Source: Octopus sinensis (Eukaryota). From it: a stretch of 64,000 nt of DNA. The number at the start of each line of letters is the position of its first letter. The first letter of the stretch is position 1. The notes beneath the pieces are model-generated. The model did no database searches and was not told the DNA's origin. It saw only the letters and a program-made list of their open reading frames with translations. This document shows positions 25,304 through 39,920 of the stretch, in pieces. The stretch is from NCBI RefSeq assembly GCF_006345805.1, contig NC_043001.1, forward strand, positions 94,922,001 through 94,986,000, given 5' to 3'. Both the position numbers and the translations under genes were made by a program.

Positions 25304-25507
25304 GTATATGCATATACAGATGCACACGTTGTCAGTGATTCAAGGTTATAGATGCAAATGTGGGAAGCAGAACTTAGCGATTTCATTGGTATTTGATATC
25401 GTATATTTTCGAGTCTCAGATTTATGCTTCGGTTAGTATAACTTAACACTATTCAGTACCCGCGAAGTAAAGCTTCTTATCCAACTGCCTTGACAATTTC
25501 GGTGCTT

Positions 25508-25589
25508 TTACTTTTTTTCTGTATCAAATATACGGTTAAAATATTTTTCATCCATGTACTTGCACAGTGATAGATCTTCAGGCAATTCC
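25508..25589 (-). CDS. candidate terminal exon (ELPEDLSLCKYMDEKYFNRIFDTEKK*)
   Basis: Acceptor ttaatgttgctgcAG, phase-2 open frame to TAA, protein-like composition. No homology support. Confidence 0.25.
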
Positions 25590-26794
25590 CTGCAGCAACA
25601 TTAACCACATCCATTTCAGGGTTTTTACTAGCTTTACATTAATATGAACCTTATGGAATCAGAAATTTAATTGGTATATTATTCCTAAATCGTGTTCAAG
25701 AAAGAATTATATTCAAAAAATGTGTTTTACGCATATCTTATCGTCCTATCACATTCTCACATTAGTTTCTTTCATTGTTTATTAGCTTGTTTTATTTTGA
25801 CGACTGTCATAATTTCAAATCACTTATTCAAGTATATCTTCAGTTAAAATAGGATTAGAATTATGATCGCCTCTTAAATATAACAAATATTTGCATCAGT
25901 CATTTATGAACAAAACATAAATAAATGAATAAATAAAAGATAACGTTTTGCGATGCTTTTAGAATGATGTTGCATAAAACCAAATTCGTTTCTTGATTTT
26001 GACGTTTAGCAATTTGATTAATACCATTGACATGTAATAGAAAAGATGTTTGGCGTCTCTATAATTAATTGTGTGGATCTTATATGAAAAACAGATAAAA
26101 CATAAAACATTCTTCACATGAAGAATTAGTTAATGATAATCTGTGTTGAAACTATAAGTGAAGAATAAGAAACCAAATAAAACATAAAATAAACATATAT
26201 TAAAGAGAATTGTGTTGATATGCATGGATATAGAATCATATTTTTTTTGTATTTTTTAATGGCTTTAAGTAGTTATCTATTCTTATTTAAGAGACAATCT
26301 TAGGAAAGTATATGTTGAATAAGTAATTACGAAATTTGAATTTCCTAACATATAAACGGCTTTTACTCCATGCGTAAGTATTCCCTCGATAACACAATTT
26401 TGCCTGTTCAGTTCGCTATATTTTATTAAACAAAATGAAAATGGAAATTGGTAAACACGTATTTCAATCTAAAATGTGGTTTAGTGATCGGAACGCTATC
26501 AATGCGTAGGTTTTATAATCGTGCATAATATATGGATAATGAGAAAGGCGACATTTCGCCGATCAGAATTAAAAATTCTGCTGAGACTGATTTTGCATTT
26601 AGTTCATTTCAGGATCGATAAAATAACGACCAGTCAATTCCAAGAATCAGTGTAATCGAAAAAATCCCTTCAGTAGAAATTTCAGTAGAAAGGAATATTT
26701 GGGAACTGAAGAATACAGTCAAAGTGTTTAGAGAAATAGTCGGCAAATATATATGACAGTTTAATGAAACTATTATCCAGGCATATGATTTGTA

Positions 26795-27210
26795 GGATCT
26801 TTTCGGTTTGAACGACGGTTTTTTTCTAGCAGTGTCATATGAAATTGTCACTCATAATTATGACCCTCTTATCGATCTATTGCATTTCAATCTGTTTTAG
26901 GGTTAGGGTTAGGGGTTGGGAGAAGGGTATATTTTTCTTCACAAATGTAAATAAACCCAAACTGTTTCTTAAACGAGGGACATATTCATACGGCACATAA
27001 TGTTTTTTACCTCAATAAACGTCAGTGATTGGTTGAAATTGCAGAAATTGAAGAAAAAAAGACAACAAATATCTTACAAACTATAGAATTTTCTCAATAA
27101 AGCCAAGAGGAAAAGATGTTTTATAAACACATTCTACCAGTATACGAAGTTTAAAATTTTTTAGTTACCTAGAAATTATGTTAAAACTGCCGTTCAAACC
27201 GAAAAGATCC
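26795..27210. mobile_element. MITE with 28-bp TIRs and 8-bp TSD (Merlin-like or hAT/P-type)
   Basis: TIR GGATCTTTTCGGTTTGAACG(AC/GC)(G/A)GTTTT at both ends (2 mismatches). Perfect TSD GATTTGTA at 26787-26794 and 27211-27218. Confidence 0.88.
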
Positions 27211-27493
27211 GATTTGTATATAGTATTCTAGTTAACTTTAGTTTCCTGAAGTAATATGCAATATAAAGATGAATGCTTGTGTTAATGTTACTAGTTATCT
27301 GATGCTAAATTTGTTTTTTTATTAAGGATGTTAAGTTCTTAGCAACTTATGTTTCAGTTTTGGAGGTTTAGCTCTATTTACCCATAATTTGTAAACGTTT
27401 TCGAATGCAGTCATTTAGCTTGTAATGTTTTACATATATTTTTCTTCTTTTAATTCACTATTTTGTTCTGGATTTTCCGTTTCTAAATATATA

Positions 27494-27706
27494 TTTCTTT
27501 ACTACTCACAAGGACCTAAACACCGAGGGGACAAACAAGGGGATTAAATCGATTACATCGACCCCAGTACATAACCGGTACATTATTTATCGGCCCCGAA
27601 ATGATGAAAGGCAAAGTCGACCTCGGCGGAATTTGAACTCGGAACAGACGAAATACGGCTACGCATTTCGCCCGGCGTGCTAACGTTTCTGCCAGCTCGC
27701 CGCCTT
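27494..27706 (-). mobile_element. tRNA-derived SINE, family B
   Basis: Head AGGCGGCGAGCTGGCAGAAACG..., B-box-like GAGTTCAAATTCC; homologous to the copies at 38053 and 43229. Confidence 0.9.
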
Positions 27707-28031
27707 CCGTTTTTAAATATAATGAAGGGAACGAGTTTATTAAAACTAGGTTCAGTATTTTAAAAATTTGTTTTATGTAAAAGGGAATGATGGAGACTGA
27801 TATTGGTCTATGGTTGATGAGATTTTGCTTTCTGTCGCGTTGTGCGCTTGAAACTTAGATTATTTATTACAAGTTATATGTGGATGTGTGTGTTAGTGTC
27901 GTCTTACTAGAAATTGTTGCTTTAAATGACGTCATTTTATGATTTAAAAAAAATGATTTTATGTTGCAAGCCAACGTTATGAGTTGGGACGTTTTTATTA
28001 TGAATGTAGGCGTTCATAATCTTTAACATTT

Positions 28032-28087
<56 letters not shown>

Positions 28088-30527
28088 AACGAGGAATAAG
28101 CTTTATTACGTCTCCTCCTGACAATCATTCCTGTCATAAGTGTGCCTGTGTGTGTGTCCGTCTATGCACGTTTTATAAAACGATGGTATGTGAGGTAACT
28201 ATCGGAACGTCTGTGAATATATTTCCTATCAACAACTAATTATGAAATATCGATGTATAATTTCATGTCATCCTTCTCAGAATTGTCATCCTTCTCAGAA
28301 TTGTCCTAGTTGGTAACTCCCGTAGTTTTGCATATTCGATTCGGTGGATAAGTGAAAACTGTACCAAATTTCTTTGACGTGAATTGGCAATTCCTCAGAA
28401 AATCACGTGAATAATCTAGATTTGTCATACCTAACTAGGTAGAAATCTAAATGTTATTGGTTGAAAATATATTTCTGACACATTATCTACACTAGAGAAA
28501 GTAAAATATTCCGTAATAGTTACATGTTGCTTAAGTATAGATCAATATTTTACATATAAATATATATTTCCCTCTTATACATTAAATGTAAGACATCAGT
28601 TGTCATTTTATAGAGATAGAGTGGGAGTACTAAGATTCTAATAGTTAAAATTTGATACGCAAATATTAACGCACACACATATGCGCCACGCGCAAACACA
28701 CACACTTTCACAGAGAGGCACATACATTCATACATATTTTAATAAAATACAATTTACCCACATAATTCGTACTTCGTTCCAGTTACTAATGCTTTATCTC
28801 TTTATTGCATATACTTAATCGTCATTTCCACTTCTGTTGAAATGCCATGTACATGAATGAAACGAGAGTAGAATGACGAATATTATTTGAATGAATTTTA
28901 ATTAGATTACTTTATGTTTTGTTCACACAACATAATCTTTTCTGTTTTATGTATTAATCAAAGGGAACGTTTATTTTGCTTTCCTAAATATGTAATTAAT
29001 TTTGTGTGTACTTTAATCAGTACACTACTAAAAGGTTTGTAAATGTGAATTGGTGTAATCTCCTAATCTCTGTTTCATTATCTACTATATTTTAAGCTTT
29101 CATAATTATTCTCCACTGTGCAGTATATCTTTATTCGTATTTTCCTCGTTGGTTTTGCAGTTCGATCACGCAATTTTTGTTGGCTCGGAAAACCGTTGTA
29201 ATTATAATTAGTCTTATTAATTTTCTTTTTTGCAATGAACTGCTATACTTAAAAGTATTTCGAAAATGAAATAGGTTTTACAACTACAATTTAAAGCCAA
29301 CTATGTATGTCCATCAAAGCTGTTAGGGAATGCCACTGCATCACAGTATGGTAAATGCCTGTTCTTGACTGGAATGAATGCTTTGCTTATACACATTTAC
29401 AGCTACAAATTATTTGCACGTAATAATCTTAGGCTCTAAGTGAGTAGGTGGACAAGAATAAAGATATCTGTTGCAACGTATAATCAGTCCAATATTTGCC
29501 ATATTACAATATTTAGTCACTATAAGAAGAGAAAAGTATTATCTAAATTGTACAGGAAAATACGACGTATACAAATTAGATGGAACATTTTAAAATATGA
29601 CAATTTTTAGCAACAAACGCAAAGTAATGACAGTGCAAAACATGCTGATCATTGGATCAGTTACACGAAATAAAAATCAGTAACTCGAAATAAAAACTCA
29701 TTACTTAAAATTTATAACGCATTAGAAAACGCCTACCTGGTCTACGCTTGCATTGAATAAATGACAAAGGAAAAAAACTCTTAGAAATCGTTTACTTAAT
29801 TACTATGAAAAGGAGTCTGAAGACATTGCTAAAATAGTTTGGATAGTAAAATAAGCGGAGGGAGAAAGATACATTGCTTCAAATAGAACACAACAAATAC
29901 GTGCAAAAATGCGACGAACCCCTCTGAGACTATTTTGGTTCCACGCCTGTGTTAATGTGCAACGGAATTATGGCGGTTATATTGCTAGGTCTGAAAAATG
30001 TTAATGAAAGATGAATACAAAAATTTGTATTTTAAGAAAGATATATAGTTGCAATTCTAAATAATTGACAAATAATTATGAAAAAATTTACTTAATAGCG
30101 TTTGCATAATCGGTGTCAAACTTCCCACAGATGTGTCCGGCCATAAAAGCAATGGCAAATAAAAACGATCATTTTCAAAATAAATAAAGTGACGTGACTG
30201 CATTAGGTGGTCCAGTTAATTGCTTTTCCGTATCTTACCAAGAATATAATTCGACTATTTTTTGTGCATGGTAAGTCGTTAATTATATATAGTTTTTTTG
30301 TGAGTGTAGTCTGAAATTACATCTTTAAGCACTCTAAGTTGCTTTTTTAACACATTTTGTGTCCAACGTATTTCAAATGTTCATTTGTCTTTGTACGTAT
30401 TTCTCTCTTTGGCTGCCCATCATAACACTATTGCCGTTATTGTGTTCTTCCCGATATGATTTTCTTTACCCTGTAAGACCAATAATCATATTAATATGTC
30501 GACTAAATCCATGCAGTATTTCCACAG

Positions 30528-30574
30528 GTTATCTGCACCGTATCGCTTGTTGCGTCTCTATTTATGTATAGTAG
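30528..30574 (+). CDS. candidate 47-nt exon (hydrophobic, VICTVSLVASLFMYS)
   Basis: Acceptor tatttccacAG and donor AG|GTATCA. An alternative reading from ATG 30496 is also open. Confidence 0.2.
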
Positions 30575-31787
30575 GTATCATAATTTAGTCATATTCAAAA
30601 TGCTGATCTAAAGTTTGAGTGCAACTAATAAAATGGTTTGAAAAATATACCCTCATTGTGGTTATTGCGTATCCATCAGCGGAATCCTGTGTTAGTAACC
30701 CTGGACACATTTGACGTATTGTTTAATTGATTCAACCTTTTCTTTTAAGAATCTATACTAACACTCACTGGAAATCTTTCCTTGGTTTTCACAGTTGCTT
30801 CTTTCGCCGCCCAGAAACTTAAATTATATATGGTCTCATCAGTTATATAAATTTGCTTTTTCCACCTGGTTAGTGGTGGCGTTTTTGTTAGATTTAACGT
30901 GGTGTGTGTTTATTCCTGTAGATTATGTTTCTGCATGTTGTTCTGTTTATTGACTTGGAAGTTTTCGAAATTGAAACTTCTTTCAAAACACATTCATATA
31001 GTAAACGCTTCCATCACTATCTCCTTAAACATTATAGCGTGCACTTTATTCATACCTGAAATGATCCAACGAAAAATATTGAATTTTCAATGACATGAAA
31101 CCTTGGAAATATTACATTGTTATGTTTTCGGCTGACCTTGTGTAGTCATGGGCTTGCACGTTTATTCTATTTTTGTGTTTTGAACCAAAACGTTTTCGTA
31201 ATAATTCATATTATTTCCATAGCACTACTCATTATTGTCTCCTTCACTTGTTCTCCTTATAACATTCATTTCTAATATATTTGAAGTGGTTCTTTATAAA
31301 AATGTGGTTGTTGGAGTAGAGCTATTTGATATCTTCAAAGAACCTATGCTACTGAAGTGGATTCTGTTGTTTCCGGAATCTTTTGATATTTTAGTTTTTG
31401 TTATGTTATATTTCTGTAGTATTTCTCTTACATTTTCTGTTAATGATTTCATGAAATATCCATGAGTATTTTCACATATTCCGTATTTTTACTTTTTCAA
31501 CTACCCCTGCTGCTGTTTCTGATATTGTTGCATCTGTATATAAATGATCGAAGGATCACCACTTTATATTGTCTTTACAGTGGATTGTGCAAACATATAT
31601 GCATTGACTCCTGTGGTACATGTGAAAAATTGTTTATACGTAGCTTTCTAGCATTCATAAAACAGCTTCTGTGTAGTAATATGAGTTCGATAAAGACGAT
31701 TATGCAATGCCTTGCTGGTCAAAAATCACGGATGAATAGTTTGTAGTGGTAACATATTCCAGCTTCAAATTGACATTGCCTCTACAG

Positions 31788-31978
31788 ACGAACGGTGTGA
31801 TCGGAGAGCAACGGCAGATGTATTAATTTTACCCAAGAGGACAATGAATCGTGAGGTCCAGAAATCGGCTCCAAGATCTGGTGATCGTGAAAGCACCAAC
31901 GTAACCAGTAACATATATTCCTTCATACTTCTATTCATAGCTCCTTTTTATACATTCATCCTATGTGCAAATCGATGA
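31788..31978 (+). CDS. candidate terminal exon with hydrophobic C-terminus (GPI-signal-like)
   Basis: Acceptor attgcctctacAG; the phase-1 frame reads ERCDRRATADVLILPKRTMNREVQKSAPRSGDRESTNVTSNIYSFILLFIAPFYTFILCANR*. Confidence 0.35.
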
Positions 31979-32104
31979 GAAAAGTATATTTCATATGCTG
32001 TGATTTTTCATCATTTTCGTAGGTTTTGTTTCGACTTGACATGGTTCATTAATATAATAGAATATATTATGAGGAATCATTTACGAGTATCTTCACATAG
32101 GCGC

Positions 32105-32625
32105 ACGAGTGGCTGTGGGGTAAGTTGCTTGCTTACGAACCACATGGTCCCTGGTTCAGTCCCAAATTGGGCAAGTGTCTTCTACTATAGCCTCAGGCCA
32201 ACCAAAACCTTGTGAGTAGATTTAGTAGACGGAAATGTATATATACATATGTATATATATATACACATATATATATATACATATGTATATATATATATTA
32301 TATATACATATATATATACATATATATATACAAATGTATATATATATATATATTTATATATATACATATATATATATATATACATATGTATATATATATA
32401 TTTATGTATATATGTATGTATGTGTGTATATGTTTGTGTGTATGTTTGTCCCCCCCCCAGCATCGCTTGACAACGGATGCTAGTGTGTTTATATCCCCGT
32501 AACTTTGCGGTTCGGTAAAAATGACTGATAGAATAAGTACTAGGCTTACAAAGAATCAGCTATGGAGTCTATTTGCTCGACTATAAAAGCGATACTCCAG
32601 TATCGACTGAAGCATGTAAAAGACT
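32105..32625 (+). mobile_element. tRNA-derived SINE family A (expanded internal TA tract)
   Basis: Collinear with 7426-7826. Confidence 0.88.
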
Positions 32626-35439
32626 AGTGGTTCGTATTTGATATGAACTTCCTTTTTTAAGCTTCTTGTAAAATACGGTGAATAACATATAGTATTTTCT
32701 ATGAAAAATTAGTCTAACAGACTGAGATCAAAACTTAGGGTGAAAGTTTTAATTGATTGCAGGTAGAGACCTTACGGGATATTTACATTGTTAACAGACA
32801 GTGAAATTACGCTGATTCACGAAGTCCTAGCATAATGAACATTTTTCAAGATGAAATTAAACGAGCCTTCACAACCACTAAAATAGCGTCTTATCATGTA
32901 TTAGACATCGAATGCATAAGGCTAAATTGCGTTAATAACAAACGAGTGTGTGTAAATCGAACTAAAAGTCCCGTTCCTGTAAAGAGTAGTCTGTGAGGAT
33001 AGCATTGTATAGGATAAAATTATGGCATGAGATAGTACTGGTATTAAAATATTATCATATTATTTATTCTAAAATGACGTGGCTACAACACCAATGTTCA
33101 TTTTCAAGAAAGGGTATATATTTTAAATCATTATGTGTGTCAAGCTGATGCTTAATGAAGTATTTGAATATAACATTCCTGCACGTTCGATATTACTACT
33201 TATTTTTTCAGCCATAGAGACTAATGTCTTTTCATTGTTATTATTATTAATACATAATTATTATAGGCTATCATTGAGAAGGTACCATCAAGCAAGACAC
33301 CTAGGAGTACTTGCAAATTCATAGTTAAGTATGTTCCCGAAAAAATAGTTAGAAATGAGAAGACGTTTTTGACATTCTAACGCACTTCAACTAAGATTTA
33401 TGTGATATAAAATGGAAGTTGCAAACTGCAGCAGGTCGCTGCGATTGCTTACAATGCTTGGATAAAATACACATATACAAATTATCTACTCACACCAATA
33501 AAATACGTCTCAAATGAGTAATTGTGAAAAATGTTTGAATGTGAGTAAACTGAAATTCATTAGTCTTTTCCGAAGACTTGAATAAATTTCAAACGCAAGA
33601 AAGACCTTGAAGAAACAAAATAGATTTGGTACACTGAAAAATGAGATGAACTATGGGTGACAAATACATAAGAGGTTAAAACATTTGCAAGTGCGAGCTG
33701 TTCATTTATTACATCAGTAGTGTGTCTCCACTATATGAATAACGGATACACTAGTAAGCCTAGTATTGCCTACGTTTAGCGAAAGTGATTTCTGGGGTGA
33801 AGTATATTGGATCATCTTCCCTCGCCCACTGCTGAAAAGCCATTGCGCATCTCCATATAATTGATTATAATCTGCCTCTACTCTTAAGCGTATCAGAGAG
33901 CGTAATCAGCAGCTTTGATATACCCACTAGACACACGCCTAAATCAGTTTATCTAGCATATGTAATACATAAACTTTTCATACCCCATCTAAAGTAACGT
34001 TTGTAATATGCAATTTAATTGAAGGCCAAAACTGGAAATTATCTTTCTTTTGAGAATACGTTTTCATTCTTCTTTATATTTTTCTGTCTGTTATTTTATG
34101 CTTGAGTTTTGAAGCACAAATAATATTTTTCTACATATACTAAAACGAAAATATATATGTTCTTGTATAACGTACGTGGTTACTAAAATGTTGTGTTTAA
34201 CTATCATTTCTATTTCCGATTAGAGCTGTGTTCAGTAATTATTAAAGTGTTTCCAGAAAGCCATTATTAATAAAATTTTATTCCCAAACATTTTAAGTTT
34301 CGTCTTTCATATGGGGAGAGTACGTGCATCCGAAGAAATGAATTTTTCTGTCTTGTACCAAGCATATAGAAATTGTGTCAATCTTCTACCATATTGAAAA
34401 AAAATCATGATTTCTTATAATGGAATACAAGTTCATATGGATTGTACAAAACAAGACCATCTGCTTAATAAAGAAACAATAAGTGATTTGTGAATCTCAT
34501 GTTGGAAAGCCTGGCCACAATAAGGTAGAAAACGAATATGTTTCCAGTTATAATCCTTAGAAATTGAAATCTGAGATTAAAACATCGCTTACGTACTAGA
34601 AGATTACATATCTTACACATATCTGCTACCACGTGATTATCTACGATAGTCACAAGATTAGGAATACGGAATATATGTTCAACTAACATATATTTCTTTG
34701 ATTAATCAATCGCAGGTGCAAGAACGTCAAATGCTACGGTTTTATTTGCAAACGTAATTTGAATTTTGAATAAAGGTCTGAAATATGCAAACACATTATA
34801 TATCAATAAAATGCAAATATTTTATATTGAAGCATATTTTAAAGATGGGTTGACTATAAATATATTTATCAGCAAAAATGCTAATGGCTATAATATAGAG
34901 TGTATATCCGCAGTTATGTTTTTAGGTGCTTTGGAAGGTAATCGATGAAAAATGTATATGAAGGATTCTCTACGCGGATGTATAAAATACCGAGTTGTGC
35001 TAAATGAGACATTGGTTAGAAAATATTTGCATGCAGAAAATGATTGTTGCATACTTAAGTGACTGTAGCGTGTTTCAAAACTATAACAACGTAATTCTCA
35101 TATATTAATTTATTACTGTTTCGCATGAGATCGAACGGCTAGGCAGGATTTATCTGTGCATCCATGAATATATCAAGGAATACATACGGGATATTTCTCA
35201 AAATATATTGATGCATTTGGGAAAATAGAAATCTCAAATAAAAATCACATTTTGCATATCGTAACATAATACTGGAAATAATAATTCCTAGGTTTATCAA
35301 ATAGTATTTGAGCTAAAGAGAACTCAAAATATGTGTTACGTTACCGGGAGCTAATGGTAGTTATTCATAATAACAAATGAGTGTATATTAATATTGTGTA
35401 AAACATAAGGCAAATAAATCTTTTCAGATTTGCCAGTGG

Positions 35440-36270
35440 GGAAAGGGACTGAAATTCATCGGTGGTAATTAGCAATTTGTTTTATGACATACTTGTCTAG
35501 ATATAATAGAACATGCGTTCTACAAGCTTTCTTCCTGCCACCTTTCAGTTCTTCTGGTAGTAAATTCTGGTTGTCAAGGTGCTTGCAAATGCTTTCTGAA
35601 AGCATTCCTGTTAACAGCTTCCACACTAAGGATAAGCAAGTGATTTGTCTATAGTTGCTAGCTGCATTACTCTTGTTCTTATCTTCAATAATGTGTATTT
35701 TATGTTATTATTTCTCGATTAAGGTAATCTTGAAGTTGTTACCCCAGCCTTCCATGTAAACTCCTAAAATTCCTTAGCCAGTACCTTTCAATAAAATCTG
35801 TTACTTGACACCTCCAATTCAGCATTCTACCTAACACTGTACTCATTAATGCATTAGTTAATCTTAGATTTCGCTGCTTCTTACTCTCTACTTCTGCCCT
35901 TACTTTCTTTAAGAATACTGCATCACAATTAAGGTTGATTGGTTTATCCCAAATATTACTCTAAAACATCCTATCTTCTGCATTAGGATTGCCATCTTCA
36001 GTACTTCGTTCTCCACTATTTATTTGGTAATAATATATCCTGTGGTCTGTCTCAATTGATCTATTCTGTTGATACTGATCTATTCGTTTTTCTGATATCT
36101 GGAGAGCTTGACTGCTACTGCTATGATACGCTGTTTTAACTATTCTATTACTGTCTAAATCCTTTCTCTTTGACTACATCTATAAGTCAGTCTCCCCTGT
36201 ATATTTAGTATCCATCCTACGGATAACATAATCTACTTTCCGAGTAATTCCTAGCAGCTTCATTCTGTTG
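35440..36270 (-). pseudogene. R4/Dong-type non-LTR ORF fragment (pre-RT and RT N-terminus), degenerate
   Basis: Reads RIDQYQQNR..., MLNW...YWLRNFRSLHGRL and NYRQITCLSLVWKLLTGMLSESICKHLDNQNLLPEELKG, matching the R4/Dong RT-0/RT-1 pattern NYRPITCL..WKLLTG...LLPEEQKG. Confidence 0.75.
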
Positions 36271-36300
36271 GTATTATTACTAGAGTTCTTGTTATTGATT

Positions 36301-36665
36301 GAGAGAGCAGCGCATGCCATCAAAGAGACACTGGGGTACAAGTCTACGAAGCCCAATATACAAATCATGATTACCAGTCCGATACGGGTACACGAGGCAT
36401 ATGCATCACAACGACATTTGCGTGACATGGTAACCTTATATCAAACTAAACAGCGCATGACCTTGCAGGTGGGGCCCAGAGAGCCACATATCGACAGACA
36501 TGAAGTGACATACTCGACTGCATAAGGTCAAACAACTGACAAGCAAACGTGCGGCATTTAGCAGAATATTTACAGTAGCCCATATTTTATACCAAGACAA
36601 ACCAATGCACATCATAACGCTTCCAATCCGTTAGGATGAGTAGCCATAAGAGCCACCGCTTGGAC
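36301..36665 (-). repeat. degenerate, internally deleted copy of the ~550-bp (AAT)n-flanked element
   Basis: Collinear with 46185-46738 but missing roughly 190 bp internally. Confidence 0.8.
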
Positions 36666-36666
36666 A

Positions 36667-36710
<44 letters not shown>

Positions 36711-36778
36711 AATTACTACTACTGATACTGCTGCTGCTACTACTACTACTACTACTGCTGCTGTTTCTGCTGCTGCTT

Positions 36779-36823
<45 letters not shown>

Positions 36824-36830
36824 TTAATAT
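36666..36830. repeat. (CTA)n/(CTG)n microsatellite
   Basis: Directly visible. Confidence 0.95.
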
Positions 36831-38052
36831 CATTATAGATAGACCATTTTAATATCAGCGAAATAAATGGTAATAGCTCCTACAACGATAGTAATAATGT
36901 TAATATTTGTAATATATATAAAATAAACTGTGATGGAATATGATTGATAACAGGATTGATATTATGATCGATAACGGTATACATTTGCTTTTGTTCTGTT
37001 ACATCTTGGCATGATTTGAATAATATAATTAATTTTACCTACGGGTATCTCCACAAGAGTGGTCTATGCTAAACATGGATAACTTTCATTGCTGTTTTGA
37101 AATATGGTATTGGTAACAGATAACATTGAAAAACTGTCTAGTGCTTAATAATATACAGTGTATGCATTGCCTGTTTTCAGTTCATGCTGCATTCGTGTAA
37201 CTTCAGACGCTCTATGATCCTCGAAAGAGTGTTAAATTTAATCCTTGCAAGCTCTGACTTTTCCATGTGCATTTTGGATGCTTAGTCTATGCAGAAACGA
37301 TACGGTAGTGATGGATCGATAGGGTGTGTCATTAATTTCAGTATTCTTGGGTGATTGATGTTCTATATTATTTTCGTTCAGACATCAGTCGTACCGTAAT
37401 GATTAAGCTGTGTTTTCCTTTGGATACTTGTTCAGCTGAACCAACATGCTTCCATTCTCTGGCGTACAAATCATATATACTTAATATGTTACTTGTGTCG
37501 CTTATGGGGACACTGCATCGGTATTCAACACCTTTCTTCGTGTACATGCACCAAACATTTCGGATAATAATACTCGTTTATTTAACAAGATTATTCATGT
37601 TATCATTTGGTCCGATATTAATTTATGAATTCATTTGCATGGAAGCACATGACGATTTTTCGATTCTATTATATAAAGGAGATTCAGATAGGTAATTCGA
37701 ATCAATATTATACACTATTCGTGAAGTAAATCTCTATCGAGAAGAGAACAGGTGGAAGACTATATTTTGGTTATTGCCAGGTTAGGATAAAATGTATCGT
37801 TCGATATCGATTTCTAAAACCTTTACTATACAACTTTGTATATGAAGTACGTTCCGTAAACACACTGCTTTTTCTTTTATTTTATTAAGAACATAACATT
37901 AATTTTTTACCAGTTTTCATAGCTATAATATTTAGTATATTTATCTCGGCTTGATTAATATTGTGTGATTAATAATATTGTATAATGACTACGTTTCTTA
38001 TTATACATGAGGAGCGGAGACTAATATTGTCATTAATATTGGATTGAAGCTG

Positions 38053-38408
38053 AAGGTGTCGAGCTGGCAGAATAATTAGCACACCGGCGAAATGCTACGT
38101 TCTGAGTTCAAATTCCGCCGAGGTCGACTTGCTTTTCATCCTTTCCGAGTCGATAAATTATGTGCCATTTTCGCACTGGGTTCGATATAATGGACTTAAT
38201 CCGTTTGTTCGTCCCCTTGTGGTCAGTAAAGAAATATGAATCGTTAGCGCGCCGTGCACAAAGCTTAGCGGCACTTCATCCGTCTTTACGTCCTCAGTTT
38301 AAATGTCACCGAGGTCGACTTTGCTTCCACTCATACGAGGTCGATAAATTAAATCCCAGTTGATTACACCTTCCCTAAAATTGCTGGCCTTGTGAAAATT
38401 CTGAAACC
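38053..38408 (+). mobile_element. SINE family B, two tandem diverged units
   Basis: Repeated ccgaggtcgactt...gtcgataaatta core. Confidence 0.8.
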
Positions 38409-39336
38409 AATATTACATTGAAATTTAAACTGCATATCTCGTTCCCTAGAAAATATGTAGAGGTCAGTTGGCATACACATATATACGAGGGTTTACACTT
38501 AATTAGGTTTATGTGTCCATTATATCAAGATACTAGACCACTTTCAAGCAGTGTACGTTGTCTGATCTCGAAGACGATGTTGATGCCGTTGATGTTAGCC
38601 ATATGAATAATAGCCATATAGGTAATGGCAGTAGTAATAGTATGAATACGGAAAACAAGTACAAAAACATCTACTACTATTAGTAGTAGTACTATATAAA
38701 CGAAAAGAGAGAGAAAGTGGGATACAGGCAAATACAACGACAAAAATAGAGATATACAGTAGGCTAAGGAAATGGGAAATTCTAAGCAATATGTTATTTT
38801 GTATTTGTTTAATTCCTACGCTGTTTAATGATATATATTTTTGAGCATATATGCGGTGTATGGAATATATTATTTTTGATATTCTCAGACGTCAGCAATC
38901 CATTAAATTTTCCAACACTCCACTCGATAGATATTTCATGGTTTACGTATATTATGGGAACTTTTTGTATTAATTTTATTGCATTCCCGGCAGTAGAGTG
39001 AGTAGCTCGAAAGGCGAAGGTCAATTGATTTGGTCTCATATATTTACATCTGCTATCAGATCAAACAAATGCTTATTCTTCAAAACACATGTTAGAAACT
39101 GTAAAATAGCACTCTCAGATCACCACAGCTTCTCATAAATGCATAGATCTACTATTGATGTTGGTTTTGTTAATATTTTATTTTCATTCAAGCGTATTTC
39201 TTCATAGATAGAATCCACGCTTGTGAACACAGATTCTGAATTTCTGTGTATTGATATAGTTATACCGGTATACCCAAAAGCCTTATGTGCAAACATTTGC
39301 ATATTAGATGTTATGTTTATATAGAGTGAGTATAGC

Positions 39337-39920
<584 letters not shown>

